A stretch of 64,000 bases of DNA from a virus: positions 13,440-77,439 of IMG/VR virus record IMGVR_UViG_3300010403_000024. The stretch is one strand, 5' to 3'. Positions 37,386 through 46,480 of this stretch are shown here, in pieces; the first letter of the stretch is position 1, and each line of letters starts with the position of its first letter. Below the pieces are notes generated by a model. It ran no database searches and had not been told where the DNA came from. It saw only the letters and a list, made by a program, of their open reading frames with translations. Made by a program: the position numbers and the translations under genes.

Positions 37386-37667
37386 ATGATTTTGGAAGCG
37401 ACCACGAAGAATATTGAGTGGCTGGTTGAACGCCTCTACGAAGTCAGGCGCTACATGCAGGCTGAAGGCATTGAGAATCCAACCTTTGTGCTGCTCACGA
37501 AAGGCGAGGAGGACCGGCACAGGATTGAACGGATCTTTTTTTTGTATTTCCAATCCCGCTATGGAATCCCATCCTTTGAGTGCATTCAAGTGGCTGAAAC
37601 CAGCCGGTCGCACAGCCGGTACGAACTGCCAAACATAGGCGCGTCGATCATCTTAATGGACATCTGA
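37386..37667 (+). CDS. Hypothetical protein
   Basis: MILEATTKNIEWL...; lower GC. Confidence 0.5.
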   Translation: MILEATTKNIEWLVERLYEVRRYMQAEGIENPTFVLLTKGEEDRHRIERIFFLYFQSRYGIPSFECIQVAETSRSHSRYELPNIGASIILMDI

Positions 37668-37670
37668 ATC

Positions 37671-38189
37671 ATGAGAAGACACTGGTCTTATCTGCAATAT
37701 GTCCTTCGGCACAAATGGTTTGTATTCCTCGCCGGCCTTAAAACTGGCGCGCCACTGTGGCGGTTGATCATCCACGACTGGAGTAAGTTCCTGCCCTGCG
37801 AATGGGGGCCATACGTGCGGAGCTTCTATAACCGGGATGGCAGCAAGCGCGATTGGAAGACGCGCGACCCTTGGGACAAGGTGGAGTTTGACTGGGCGTG
37901 GAACCACCACCAGAAATCGAACGATCACCATTGGCAGTACTGGTTACTGACCAACGACTCGGACGATCCAAAGCACCGCCCACTGATGATGCCGGAGGAA
38001 TGCGTGCGCGAGATGGTGGCCGACTGGATGGGGGCGGGGCGGGCCATTACCGGCAAGTGGGATGCGCTCAACTGGTACGGACAGAATCAAGGGAAGATAC
38101 TGCTGCATGAACTGACGCGCAGCCAAGTGCGCGAGATCCTCGAACGCGCCATGGAGAAAATGGTTCTCGACAAGCGGGGCAAAAACTAA
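37671..38189 (+). CDS. DUF5662-like HD-superfamily protein
   Basis: HKWFV, HDWSKF.P.EW, AWNHH...NDHHWQYW, MP...EMVADWMGAG. Confidence 0.8.
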   Translation: MRRHWSYLQYVLRHKWFVFLAGLKTGAPLWRLIIHDWSKFLPCEWGPYVRSFYNRDGSKRDWKTRDPWDKVEFDWAWNHHQKSNDHHWQYWLLTNDSDDPKHRPLMMPEECVREMVADWMGAGRAITGKWDALNWYGQNQGKILLHELTRSQVREILERAMEKMVLDKRGKN

Positions 38190-40255
38190 TGGCCGCGCGA
38201 GTCCCATACAAGCCGATCACCATCCGCCCGATCGATGGCTTGCTCGATACTCGTCTGACCCCGGACGAGATCCCGATTGGCGGGTACCGCTACGTCGAAA
38301 GCTGGGAATGCCTGGCACGGGGCAAGCTCTGCCGGATGAGCGGCTGGCGGCGATTGCTGGACGAGGAGTTCAATAACAACGCGGATCTGCACGATCAGTT
38401 GCTGACGATCACCGAGCGGGAAGTGCGGCAGCCGATCATCTTTCTCTTTACGCATCCGATGCCGCTGGGGACGAACAAGTTTTATGCCGCGAGCGCCAAT
38501 GTGCTGTATGCCCTCAACAACGGGACGGGCAACTGGAAAGTGATCGGCGACGAGTTCAGTCCCGCCCAGAGCGCCTCCTGCCCAGAGGTGAGATGGAGCG
38601 CGGCGGGCTTTGGCGACGTGGTGGTATTCAGCAACGGGATCGACCCGGTAGTTTATCAGGTGGTCGATCAGCCGGCGCTGGGCGACACCGACCAGAGCGT
38701 GCAGACGATCAGCGACCTGGAACTGTTGAACATCACGCGGGTCGGGTTTGTAAAGCAGTTCGCCGGCCTCACCATTTACTTCAACGTCGTGCAGGATGCG
38801 GTGCGGCACAGTTACCGGGCCATCTGGAGCGATTATCAAAATCCGCTGAGCGTGAAGCCCAAAGCCAGCGCCAGTGTCGCGGGCTACAAGGACCTGGACT
38901 TTGGCGAAGTGATATTGGCGGCGGAAGAACTGGGCAACTCGCTGGTCGTCTATACCAACAAAGCGATCTGGCAGGCGGATCTGGGGGGCGACGCCGGGTT
39001 GATCTGGAGCAAGCGCTATTCACCCAAGGATGTCGGCGACCGCTGCTTGGTCTATCCGCGCACATTGGTCTCGACCGGATCGGAGCATTACTTCTTTGCC
39101 CGCGACGGCATTTACCTCTTCTCGCAGTATGTGGCCAAGCCGCAGCGCATCGAGTGGATTCACAACGCGAGCGCCATTGTCTTCGAGGACCTGGACAGCA
39201 GCCGGTGCGTGGTGCATCACGGGGCCCATGAGGTGGACAAGAAACAAATCTGGTGGAGCTGGGCCAAGACGGGCGAGGCGTGTCCGACCCAGAGCTTTGT
39301 GATCAACACCGAGTATTCCTTTGCCTCGCTGGTGCCGAAAGGGTTTAGCGCCTTCGGGTTGTTTGGATTTATCCGGCAAAGGATTCTGCGCGATTTCTTG
39401 ATCGAGAAGTGCATCTGCGACGCCGCCGGGTTGGAGGAGAACGGGCTGGGCTTCGTGCATGAAGGCGGCTTCTGCGCGGCCCCCGCCGACTGCACCGGCT
39501 GCGACGCGGACACTGAGAGCGACTGCGAGGCCCCGACCTCGATCTACACCAACGAGACGGTGGACCTCGACGGTGTGGAGGTCGAGGACCTGAACTTTGG
39601 TGGCGGCAACACCCCGGATGCACAGTCGCTCTGCACGGCGTTGGCGGGGTTGACCGTGCAGGACCTCTGCCAGGTGGAAGCGGTCGCGGCCGAGTGCAAG
39701 GACGCGGATTTGTTTATCGGGGCCAGCACCGAAGATTTTTGTTTGAAGGAGATGGACAGCGAGGTGCGCTACCGGGAACGGTGCAGCGACATGGCGGGCT
39801 GCGGGACCTACATCAAGGACGGGTATCTGAGCATCCTGCGGAGCGGTCCGCTCGACTTGGGCTTGCCGGAGCAGGAGAAGCGCATCAGCCGCTTCGGGGT
39901 GGAGATACATCCGGAGGAGCAGAGCGTGCCCAGCCAACTGGAACTGAAGGTGGGAAGCGCGGTGCAGGCGATTGACCCGAACAAGTTCGACGAGAACGGG
40001 CGCTGCGTGATCATGTACCGGGAGGAAGTGCCGCGCAGCCTGGAATGTTTATCAACCAAGACGGCGGTCGAGCACGCCGAGGCTGGGACGCGCCCGGACG
40101 AGGACGTGGCCTGGACGCTGGATATGATCGGGCGCTATTTCTATTTTGAACTGACGGTCAGCAACCCGAACGTGAGTCCACCGAATACGGGCGGGGCGGT
40201 CTGTTTGTCGCGGATCAGTTTCCGGGCCGGGGCGGCGGCGATGCTGAAGATGTAG
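38189..40255 (+). CDS. Tail nozzle / DNA stabilization protein (P22 gp10 / T7 gp12-like)
   Basis: N-terminal GLLD...PD, beta-propeller-like strands (WS, FSNG.D, IWS, YFF..DGIY, IWW); upstream of ejection proteins; about 21 Cys. Confidence 0.7.
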   Translation: MAARVPYKPITIRPIDGLLDTRLTPDEIPIGGYRYVESWECLARGKLCRMSGWRRLLDEEFNNNADLHDQLLTITEREVRQPIIFLFTHPMPLGTNKFYAASANVLYALNNGTGNWKVIGDEFSPAQSASCPEVRWSAAGFGDVVVFSNGIDPVVYQVVDQPALGDTDQSVQTISDLELLNITRVGFVKQFAGLTIYFNVVQDAVRHSYRAIWSDYQNPLSVKPKASASVAGYKDLDFGEVILAAEELGNSLVVYTNKAIWQADLGGDAGLIWSKRYSPKDVGDRCLVYPRTLVSTGSEHYFFARDGIYLFSQYVAKPQRIEWIHNASAIVFEDLDSSRCVVHHGAHEVDKKQIWWSWAKTGEACPTQSFVINTEYSFASLVPKGFSAFGLFGFIRQRILRDFLIEKCICDAAGLEENGLGFVHEGGFCAAPADCTGCDADTESDCEAPTSIYTNETVDLDGVEVEDLNFGGGNTPDAQSLCTALAGLTVQDLCQVEAVAAECKDADLFIGASTEDFCLKEMDSEVRYRERCSDMAGCGTYIKDGYLSILRSGPLDLGLPEQEKRISRFGVEIHPEEQSVPSQLELKVGSAVQAIDPNKFDENGRCVIMYREEVPRSLECLSTKTAVEHAEAGTRPDEDVAWTLDMIGRYFYFELTVSNPNVSPPNTGGAVCLSRISFRAGAAAMLKM

Positions 40256-40297
40256 ATTTCGTTTGCGATTCGGCAGAGTTGCGGACATTGTGCCTTT

Positions 40298-40570
40298 ATG
40301 AATGCAAAGAGCACACCCCAAATTGTAAGACGAGTCGGACATTTCAGACCGCCGATCCCGCAACCGATACCTGAGTTAAGGCCAAGCCCGCCCAGCCTGG
40401 TGCCGCAGAACATGGCCCAAACCATCCTGGTGCTGGAGAAGACGATCTACGAGGCCAAGCGCAAGTACGTGACCGGATCAGGCGACCCGCTGGTGGATCT
40501 TGCCAAGCTGATCGAGACGGCGACCGCAGAATGCAACCGCTGTCCGGCAGCTAGCCAGGCAGTTAAATGA
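40298..40570 (+). CDS. Hypothetical protein (leaderless)
   Basis: TTGCGA-N17-CATTGT-N6-ATG with operator in spacer. Confidence 0.55.
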   Translation: MNAKSTPQIVRRVGHFRPPIPQPIPELRPSPPSLVPQNMAQTILVLEKTIYEAKRKYVTGSGDPLVDLAKLIETATAECNRCPAASQAVK

Positions 40571-41715
40571 GCGAGCACTACGAAGAGCGGCATCGGCAGG
40601 AGCAACAAGAGCAGCAGGAGCAGGAAATGCAGGTGCGGCCCATCCCGCCGCACCATCACAAGCCGCATCCACAGCACCAGCAACATCTGCGGCGCCCGCT
40701 GGAGATCGACAAGCACCAGTCGCCCCACACGCTTTACCGGAGGTTCGCGCGGCCAGATTGCCTCAAGGACCCGCTCTACGTGGTTACCAGCGTGTTTAAC
40801 CCGATCCGTTACCGCTCGCGCTGGAAGCTCTACGAAGATTTCTGCAAGATGTGCGCGGAGACCGGCGCCATCCTCTACACAGTGGAAGTCGCTTTCGGGG
40901 ACCGGGCCTTTTGCTGCACGGACGAGAACAATCCGTTCCACCTGCAACTGCGCACCTGGCACGAGATCTGGTTCAAGGAAGCGGCGCTGAACCTGGCGGT
41001 GCAATGTTTGCCACACGATTGGAAATACGTAGCCTGGGTCGATGCCGACACACACTTCGCGCGCTACGACTGGGCGGACGAAACCCGGCATCTGTTGCAA
41101 CACTACCCGATCATCCAGATGTGGAGCCAGATGCACGACCTGGACTCGAACTTCCAACTGGTGGGGAGCACGCGCAGCTTTGGCGATGTTTGGATGTCGG
41201 GCGAGAAACCGCCGCCGGGTTGGAACCGCGAGGACTGCAAGTATTACTATCCGCACCGCGGCTACCCTGGGGCCCCGGGCCTGGCCTGGGCGATGCGGCG
41301 CGAGGCATGGGAGCAACTGGGCGGCTTGATCGACTACTGCATTCTGGGCGCGGGCGACTGGTACATGGCCCACGCCTTGACCGGCCAGATCGAACGCGTG
41401 CTGGCGCCGGGGCAGCATCCGCGATTGAAAGAGAAGTTGCGGCAATACCAGCACCACGCGGAGCGCAGCCTGTGGCAGGAGCGCCCGATCTGCGGCAACC
41501 TTGGCGTGATGAAAGGGTTAGCGCTGCATTACTGGCACGGGCCGAAGCTGAACCGGCGCTACCGATCGCGGGAGCAGATTCTGTACGGGAACAACTACAA
41601 CCCCGACATCGACCTGAAGCGCGACTGGCAGGGGCTGCTCCAACTGACCTCGCGGTCGGCGGAGTTGCGCCGGCAGGTGCAGCGATACTTTGCGGAGCGA
41701 TTGGAGGATGCCTGA
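40567..41715 (+). CDS. GT-A-like glycosyltransferase with Q/H-rich N-terminus
   Basis: LYVVT..FNP.RY.SR, WFKE..LNL, YVAWVDAD, PGLAWA, G.GD, HYWHG. Confidence 0.7.
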   Translation: MSEHYEERHRQEQQEQQEQEMQVRPIPPHHHKPHPQHQQHLRRPLEIDKHQSPHTLYRRFARPDCLKDPLYVVTSVFNPIRYRSRWKLYEDFCKMCAETGAILYTVEVAFGDRAFCCTDENNPFHLQLRTWHEIWFKEAALNLAVQCLPHDWKYVAWVDADTHFARYDWADETRHLLQHYPIIQMWSQMHDLDSNFQLVGSTRSFGDVWMSGEKPPPGWNREDCKYYYPHRGYPGAPGLAWAMRREAWEQLGGLIDYCILGAGDWYMAHALTGQIERVLAPGQHPRLKEKLRQYQHHAERSLWQERPICGNLGVMKGLALHYWHGPKLNRRYRSREQILYGNNYNPDIDLKRDWQGLLQLTSRSAELRRQVQRYFAERLEDA

Positions 41716-41957
41716 TGCAGCCGTTCCAACAGCGGGTGATCGAGGAGAAGAAAGAACTGGATCAAAAGATTGATCGGCTGGTGGCGTTCACGAAGGGACT
41801 GACCGCGCAATCGGATCGGGTGGATGGAGTGAGCGTGTGCTCGATCTTCCATCGGCTGCCCCCGGATGAACAACTGAGGCTGGCGCGGCAGTTGGATGCG
41901 ATGCAGAATTACTCCGGCATACTGGCCGAGCGCATCGCGCATTTTTGTGTAATATGA
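41715..41957 (+). CDS. Small helical phage protein (crAss001_48-like family), copy 2
   Basis: MQPFQQRVIEEKKELD.KI..L.AF...F..LP.DEQ.RL..Q..AM..YS.IL.ERI. Confidence 0.75.
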   Translation: MQPFQQRVIEEKKELDQKIDRLVAFTKGLTAQSDRVDGVSVCSIFHRLPPDEQLRLARQLDAMQNYSGILAERIAHFCVI

Positions 41958-42142
41958 AAAAAGGAACAAAAGTAAGCTGGCTGGCCGCAGGCGCTACGGT
42001 GCGCGGCCACGGAGTAACCATCTCGGACGAAGAGAACGGCCATGTGATGGTCGCGGTTGATAGCGGGGTGTTTGAATACATCCCATTGGCCTACCATGTG
42101 GTGATCCACTGCACCGTCACCTGGCTAACCGTCGAAGCATGA
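41954..42142 (+). CDS. Small SH3-like hypothetical protein
   Basis: MKKGTKVSW...G.GV...V.V; coupled. Confidence 0.5.
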   Translation: MKKGTKVSWLAAGATVRGHGVTISDEENGHVMVAVDSGVFEYIPLAYHVVIHCTVTWLTVEA

Positions 42143-42336
42143 CCGCCGCACAGTTAGCAGACTTCAGGCGCCGCACCGGCGGCAGCATCGCGCCCGCGGT
42201 GCCGGTCAAGGAACTGCCCAAGTTTGCCGAGATGCTGGAAGTGTTCGCCACCAGCGACGAGCGCAAGTCGGCGTTAAAGAAGCTGGACGGGAAGAGCGAG
42301 GAGTGGCGCAAGGCGCTGGGCTTCAGCATTACGTGA
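42139..42336 (+). CDS. Hypothetical protein
   Basis: 65 aa coupled ORF. Confidence 0.5.
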   Translation: MTAAQLADFRRRTGGSIAPAVPVKELPKFAEMLEVFATSDERKSALKKLDGKSEEWRKALGFSIT

Positions 42337-42752
42337 GGCGAGCGAGGCGAGTGAAGCGAGCGAAGCGCAAAGCCAAGCCCATTGTGGATCGGCACTTGGG
42401 GGTGTTCCTAATGGGCCACCTCAACGTCGATCTCTACGCCAACACCCAGATGCAGGGAGGCGAGTTTTATTTCTGGCCCGACGAGAAGTCGCTGCCGTGC
42501 ATCCGGGTCGGATTGGATGGAAGCTGGCCAGACACCATAAGCTGGCTGCTGCATGAGGCGCTGGAGTTTGCCCTGTGCCACCGGCAACTGCGCTTTGCGC
42601 GCACCGCAAAGCTCAATGGTGATCACGCGGATTTCCTGTTTGTGTTCGACCACTGCGAATATGGAAACGTGTGTTCGATGGTGGGAAGATTTCTCGTCGA
42701 TGCGCTGCCTGCGTGGACCAAGGCGTACCGGGAGTGGAAACGAAAGGGCTAG
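42333..42752 (+). CDS. Hypothetical protein with zincin-like LLHEALE motif
   Basis: IRVG...LLHEALEF; start uncertain (GTG 42333). Confidence 0.5.
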   Translation: MRRARRVKRAKRKAKPIVDRHLGVFLMGHLNVDLYANTQMQGGEFYFWPDEKSLPCIRVGLDGSWPDTISWLLHEALEFALCHRQLRFARTAKLNGDHADFLFVFDHCEYGNVCSMVGRFLVDALPAWTKAYREWKRKG

Positions 42753-42880
42753 AGTTTAATCACCCACGTTCGCTTGCACTTGTGGCACTCCCACACCGTC
42801 CCGGACATCACGACACCATGGAATTTTCCGTGCCTGCGCTTGCACCAGTTTGCCTTGAAGTTGTATAGCCACTTTTTCAT
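42749..42880 (-). CDS. Small Zn-ribbon peptide (43 aa, leaderless)
   Basis: MKKWLYNFKANWCKRRH...WECHKCKRTW; TTGCCT-N17-GAAGCT-N6-ATG. Confidence 0.5.
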   Translation of the reverse strand: MKKWLYNFKANWCKRRHGKFHGVVMSGTVWECHKCKRTWVIKL

Positions 42881-42907
42881 GCGGCAAGCTTCTCAAGTTT
42901 TGAAGCA

Positions 42908-42926
42908 GTAGGCAAAACTTGCCTAG
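42908..42926. promoter_or_regulatory. Palindrome GTAGGCAAAACTTGCCTAG (back-to-back -35 elements)
   Basis: Identical 19-mer at 46434-46452. Confidence 0.75.
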
Positions 42927-42957
42927 TCCGGGGGAATAGCGTAATAGACGCCTTGAG

Positions 42958-44604
42958 ATGGCAACGTACGCATCAGCCTTGTCGCCCCGTTACTACGGCG
43001 GGCAGCAGGTGAACCCGATGGGCTACGGCTCGAACATCGCCGACAATCAACTGATCGACTGGCAGCAGCAGCTCCAGAAATTCCCAAGAATCTACGGCAC
43101 GGGTTGGGGCTATGGACCAGCGCCGGTGCCGACCGGAACGGCCAAGAGCGTGATGGCGGGCGCCTCGCCCTGGGGCGGATTTAACTTCGGAGCGGTCGCA
43201 CCCTCGACGGCAACGGGCTCGACGAGTGGCCTGCCGCTGCTCACGACCTCGAAGTCTCCGGCGGGCAATGCGGCGCTGGAAGCGACGCTCGCGCGGGTGA
43301 GCAGCCTGTCGAACGACCCGAACCAGCCAGTGTTCACCACCATCAAGGACCCGGCGCAGGCGGCGCGGATCGCTGCCACCGGCGGACAGTTCGACACCGC
43401 GACCGGCCAGGGGCGCGAACGGCTGGCGGATTTCACGGCCAACTTTTTCAACGCCGCGCCGGAGGCCAAGCGTTACACCGATCAGGAGACGGGCGCGATC
43501 GGCGAATACTACGGTCCAGCCAGCGACCCCAACTCGGTCACGGCGTCATTGAACCGATTGCTCAACCAGCGCCGGCAAGCGGTGGCGGGCAGCCTGCAGC
43601 GGGCGCTGAACCAATCGGTGCGGCGCGGCAACATCAATCGATTGGGATTGGGCGGCGACTCGTCTTACAACAACCAGCAGTTTATGGACACGGCCGCCGG
43701 CATCATGTCGGGCGAGGCCGCGACCGAGGCGGAGTTGAACCGCAACAATTACCTGGCGGTGAAGGACGCGCAGGCGCGATTGGCCGGCCAGCGGAGCGGG
43801 CTGTTGCAGAATTATCTGACGCGGGATCTGATCCCGATAGAGGCTAACCAGCGCTTCCTGAGCAGCACGGTAGGGAACCTCGGTGCGCTCGGCAACGTGA
43901 CGAACGCCAACAACCTTTACCAGACGCCCGAACAGTTGCAGAGCGCGAGGCTGGGGCTGCTCGGCCAGTACGGGGCGGACCTGAATGCGCTCAACATCTT
44001 CGGCGTAGGCGGGAATTTCCCAAGCCCGGCAGCGAACTGGGGGAATCCGAATCGGGGCTTGGGACCAATCGACTACAGCGGCTTCGGCGGCGGCCTGACG
44101 CTTGATGCGAGGACCGGCCAGGTGGTGGGTGGCGGCGGAGGAGGCACAAGCCAGACCCGCGGGATGTTGCCCGCCCAGTACGCCAATGCCGACCCGGTGA
44201 CGCGGGCGGCGGCCATGCAGTATTATCAAGCGAGCGGGGTGTGGCCAAACCAGGACGTGAACTACTCGCCCGAATTGTGGAACTGGGCGCGAGGACAAGT
44301 CGCGGGCATGCCGAGGCCGAACACCGGCACGACCGGCAACGTGGGATTGTACGGGTTGGATTACGCCAGCCAAGTGGTGAACGGCGGAGGTGGAGGAAAC
44401 CTGCCCGGCAATTACGGCCTGTACGGCACCGACTACGGGCCGCCGATGGTGAATGGCGCGCCGCTTGGCTACGGGCTTTACGGCACTGATTACGGCCCGA
44501 ATGTGTGGCCAACAGCGGGCGGCGCACGCGGGGCGATGATTGACGCGCGACGCGCCGGGGGGCTGAGCGATGCGGATCTGGCCTACTTGTTCGGGGGTGG
44601 CTAA
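42958..44604 (+). CDS. Internal virion / DNA ejection protein
   Basis: G/N/Q/A-rich low-complexity protein, 3x GLYG.DY repeats, located after nozzle. Confidence 0.65.
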   Translation: MATYASALSPRYYGGQQVNPMGYGSNIADNQLIDWQQQLQKFPRIYGTGWGYGPAPVPTGTAKSVMAGASPWGGFNFGAVAPSTATGSTSGLPLLTTSKSPAGNAALEATLARVSSLSNDPNQPVFTTIKDPAQAARIAATGGQFDTATGQGRERLADFTANFFNAAPEAKRYTDQETGAIGEYYGPASDPNSVTASLNRLLNQRRQAVAGSLQRALNQSVRRGNINRLGLGGDSSYNNQQFMDTAAGIMSGEAATEAELNRNNYLAVKDAQARLAGQRSGLLQNYLTRDLIPIEANQRFLSSTVGNLGALGNVTNANNLYQTPEQLQSARLGLLGQYGADLNALNIFGVGGNFPSPAANWGNPNRGLGPIDYSGFGGGLTLDARTGQVVGGGGGGTSQTRGMLPAQYANADPVTRAAAMQYYQASGVWPNQDVNYSPELWNWARGQVAGMPRPNTGTTGNVGLYGLDYASQVVNGGGGGNLPGNYGLYGTDYGPPMVNGAPLGYGLYGTDYGPNVWPTAGGARGAMIDARRAGGLSDADLAYLFGGG

Positions 44605-44612
44605 CACTCTTT

Positions 44613-45428
44613 ATGAAAAACTGGATTGCCAAAGCCACGCGCAACAAGGGCGGCTTGCACCGCTTTTTGATCGCAGCGCTCGCGCTCGCGCTCTGCCTGC
44701 CGGTCTTGGCGGATCGGCGCGGTCAACTGATGCAGCAGCGGCCAGGGAGTGCGGCGGCAACCGCCATTCACTACTGGAAATTCGACGAGTCAGCCAGTCC
44801 ATGGGCAGATTCGGTCGCGGCCACGGCCATGACTTCGGGCGACGCCGTGCTCTCAGCGACCGGGATACTCAATCTTGGAGTACGCTTCGCGAGTGTCGGA
44901 GCGACCCCAATCACGATCAATTCGGACAATGCCGCAAACATCGTGATCGGCGGAGCCGGACTCACCTTCACCGCTTGGGTAAAGTTTGCCAGTTTTGGCA
45001 CCAGCGCTGGGGCGCAAATCTTTTCCTTCACCGGCTCCTCACCGCTGAAACGATTCAGGGTGGTGGTCGATGACACTGGCACGCCAAATTTCTACATCGG
45101 GTTATCATTGCAATACACACCGACCGCGACATTTGCTCTCAACCAGTGGACGCTGGTGCGCATCCAGTACGACAACTCGACCAAGAAATTCGGCTTTCAA
45201 AGGTCGGATGCCATGAACGGGATCGGCTCGCTGGAGGAGAGCGCGGTAGTCTCAGACTTGGCAGGGAGCACCAGCGGCTTCATCCAGTTGAGCAGTGACG
45301 GGGGGCCGGCGGCCTCAAATGATTATATTGAGGACGAGTGCGGGTTATGGAACCGGCTCTTGAGTTCGGGCGAGCACAGCACGCTCTATGGCGGCGGCTC
45401 GCCGCCATCGTACCCCAACGTGCCTTAA
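44613..45428 (+). CDS. LamG/concanavalin A-like protein with chimeric N-terminus
   Basis: HYWKFDE, TFTAWVK, DECGLWNR.LS..E...LY; N-terminal ADRRGQLMQQRP. Confidence 0.8.
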   Translation: MKNWIAKATRNKGGLHRFLIAALALALCLPVLADRRGQLMQQRPGSAAATAIHYWKFDESASPWADSVAATAMTSGDAVLSATGILNLGVRFASVGATPITINSDNAANIVIGGAGLTFTAWVKFASFGTSAGAQIFSFTGSSPLKRFRVVVDDTGTPNFYIGLSLQYTPTATFALNQWTLVRIQYDNSTKKFGFQRSDAMNGIGSLEESAVVSDLAGSTSGFIQLSSDGGPAASNDYIEDECGLWNRLLSSGEHSTLYGGGSPPSYPNVP

Positions 45429-45431
45429 CCT

Positions 45432-46328
45432 ATGGCCTACGTGTTTGGCAACGACTACGGCAACCTCTACGGCAACCTTCTGGGCACGCAGCAGGCCGAT
45501 GCCTCGAACTGGTTTCGGATGTCGGACCTGGGCCGGGCGCAGGAGGGCGATCAGTTCAACCGCATGCTGGCGGTCAGCAATCTGGCCAATCAGGAAGCGG
45601 AGCGCGCGCGAGCCGCGCAGCAGTGGAATTTCCAGCGGCAGAACGCAGTGGCGGAGATGGCGCTACGGCAGGCGGCGGAGCGGCGGGCCGAGCAGGAGAT
45701 GGGCCTGCGCGCCAAAGAGAGCGACTGGCGGATGCGGCAGCCGAATCCGACCGAGGAACGCGGGGCGGAGATGCTGTTTAAGAGTGCGCTGGAGGCCGCC
45801 GACACCGGGGAACTGACGCCGGAAGTGACGAAGACCCTGCCGGAGAGTCACCGGGAATTTCTCAACCTGCACAACGAACGGGCGCGCAAAGCGATCTCCG
45901 GACAGAAAAGCGATCTCGATGCGGCGGCGGATTTGTTGAACGAGATCACTTCGCTCGAGTACCAGATCAAGCAGAGCAAGGAGGATATGCCGGGCTACAT
46001 CAGCACCCGCCAACCCTTCGGCTTGCTGCCCGGACCCAAGCCGGGCGAGGGCCGCTACGCCCAGCGCGAGCGCATGATGGACGTGGATTTGCCGGAGTGG
46101 CAGAGCCGGCTGGAACAGTTGCAGAAGGCGGCAGCGTCAATCAGGCCCGAGACGCGGGCGCACCTGCGGATCAATGAGCGCGGCTGGTGGGAACCCAATT
46201 TCAGGCTGCCGTGGGCTACGGGGCCAAGTGGTGCGATGCCGCCAACAGGATCACCAACTGCCGGACCAATCGCCGCAAGAGCGCCAGTGCTGGAGAACGA
46301 CCCGCTTGGGTTGGGGATCAGACGATAG
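45432..46328 (+). CDS. Internal virion / ejection protein
   Basis: Q/E/R/A-rich helical protein ending DPLGLG. Confidence 0.6.
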   Translation: MAYVFGNDYGNLYGNLLGTQQADASNWFRMSDLGRAQEGDQFNRMLAVSNLANQEAERARAAQQWNFQRQNAVAEMALRQAAERRAEQEMGLRAKESDWRMRQPNPTEERGAEMLFKSALEAADTGELTPEVTKTLPESHREFLNLHNERARKAISGQKSDLDAAADLLNEITSLEYQIKQSKEDMPGYISTRQPFGLLPGPKPGEGRYAQRERMMDVDLPEWQSRLEQLQKAAASIRPETRAHLRINERGWWEPNFRLPWATGPSGAMPPTGSPTAGPIAARAPVLENDPLGLGIRR

Positions 46329-46433
46329 GGCGAGCGCGGCAGAGGATTGCACTCTGCATGATGGTTGCTCTTTTCACCTGGAGGGTGGATGTCCATTTTT
46401 GCCGCCTCAAATGAGGAAGCAAAAATGGACAAG

Positions 46434-46480
46434 GTAGGCAAAACTTGCCTAGCAGGCGGGCGTGGCGTACAAGGCCAGCA
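46434..46480 (+). promoter_or_regulatory. Palindrome + leaderless promoter of giant gene
   Basis: TTGCCT-N17-TACAAG-N7-ATG; 12-bp inverted repeat 46391-46430 upstream. Confidence 0.65.

Noticed and set aside
31036-45428. Diversity-generating retroelement acting on the LamG/fibre genes
   Set aside because: No reverse transcriptase in window; shared sequence is short, N-terminal and not adenine-specific
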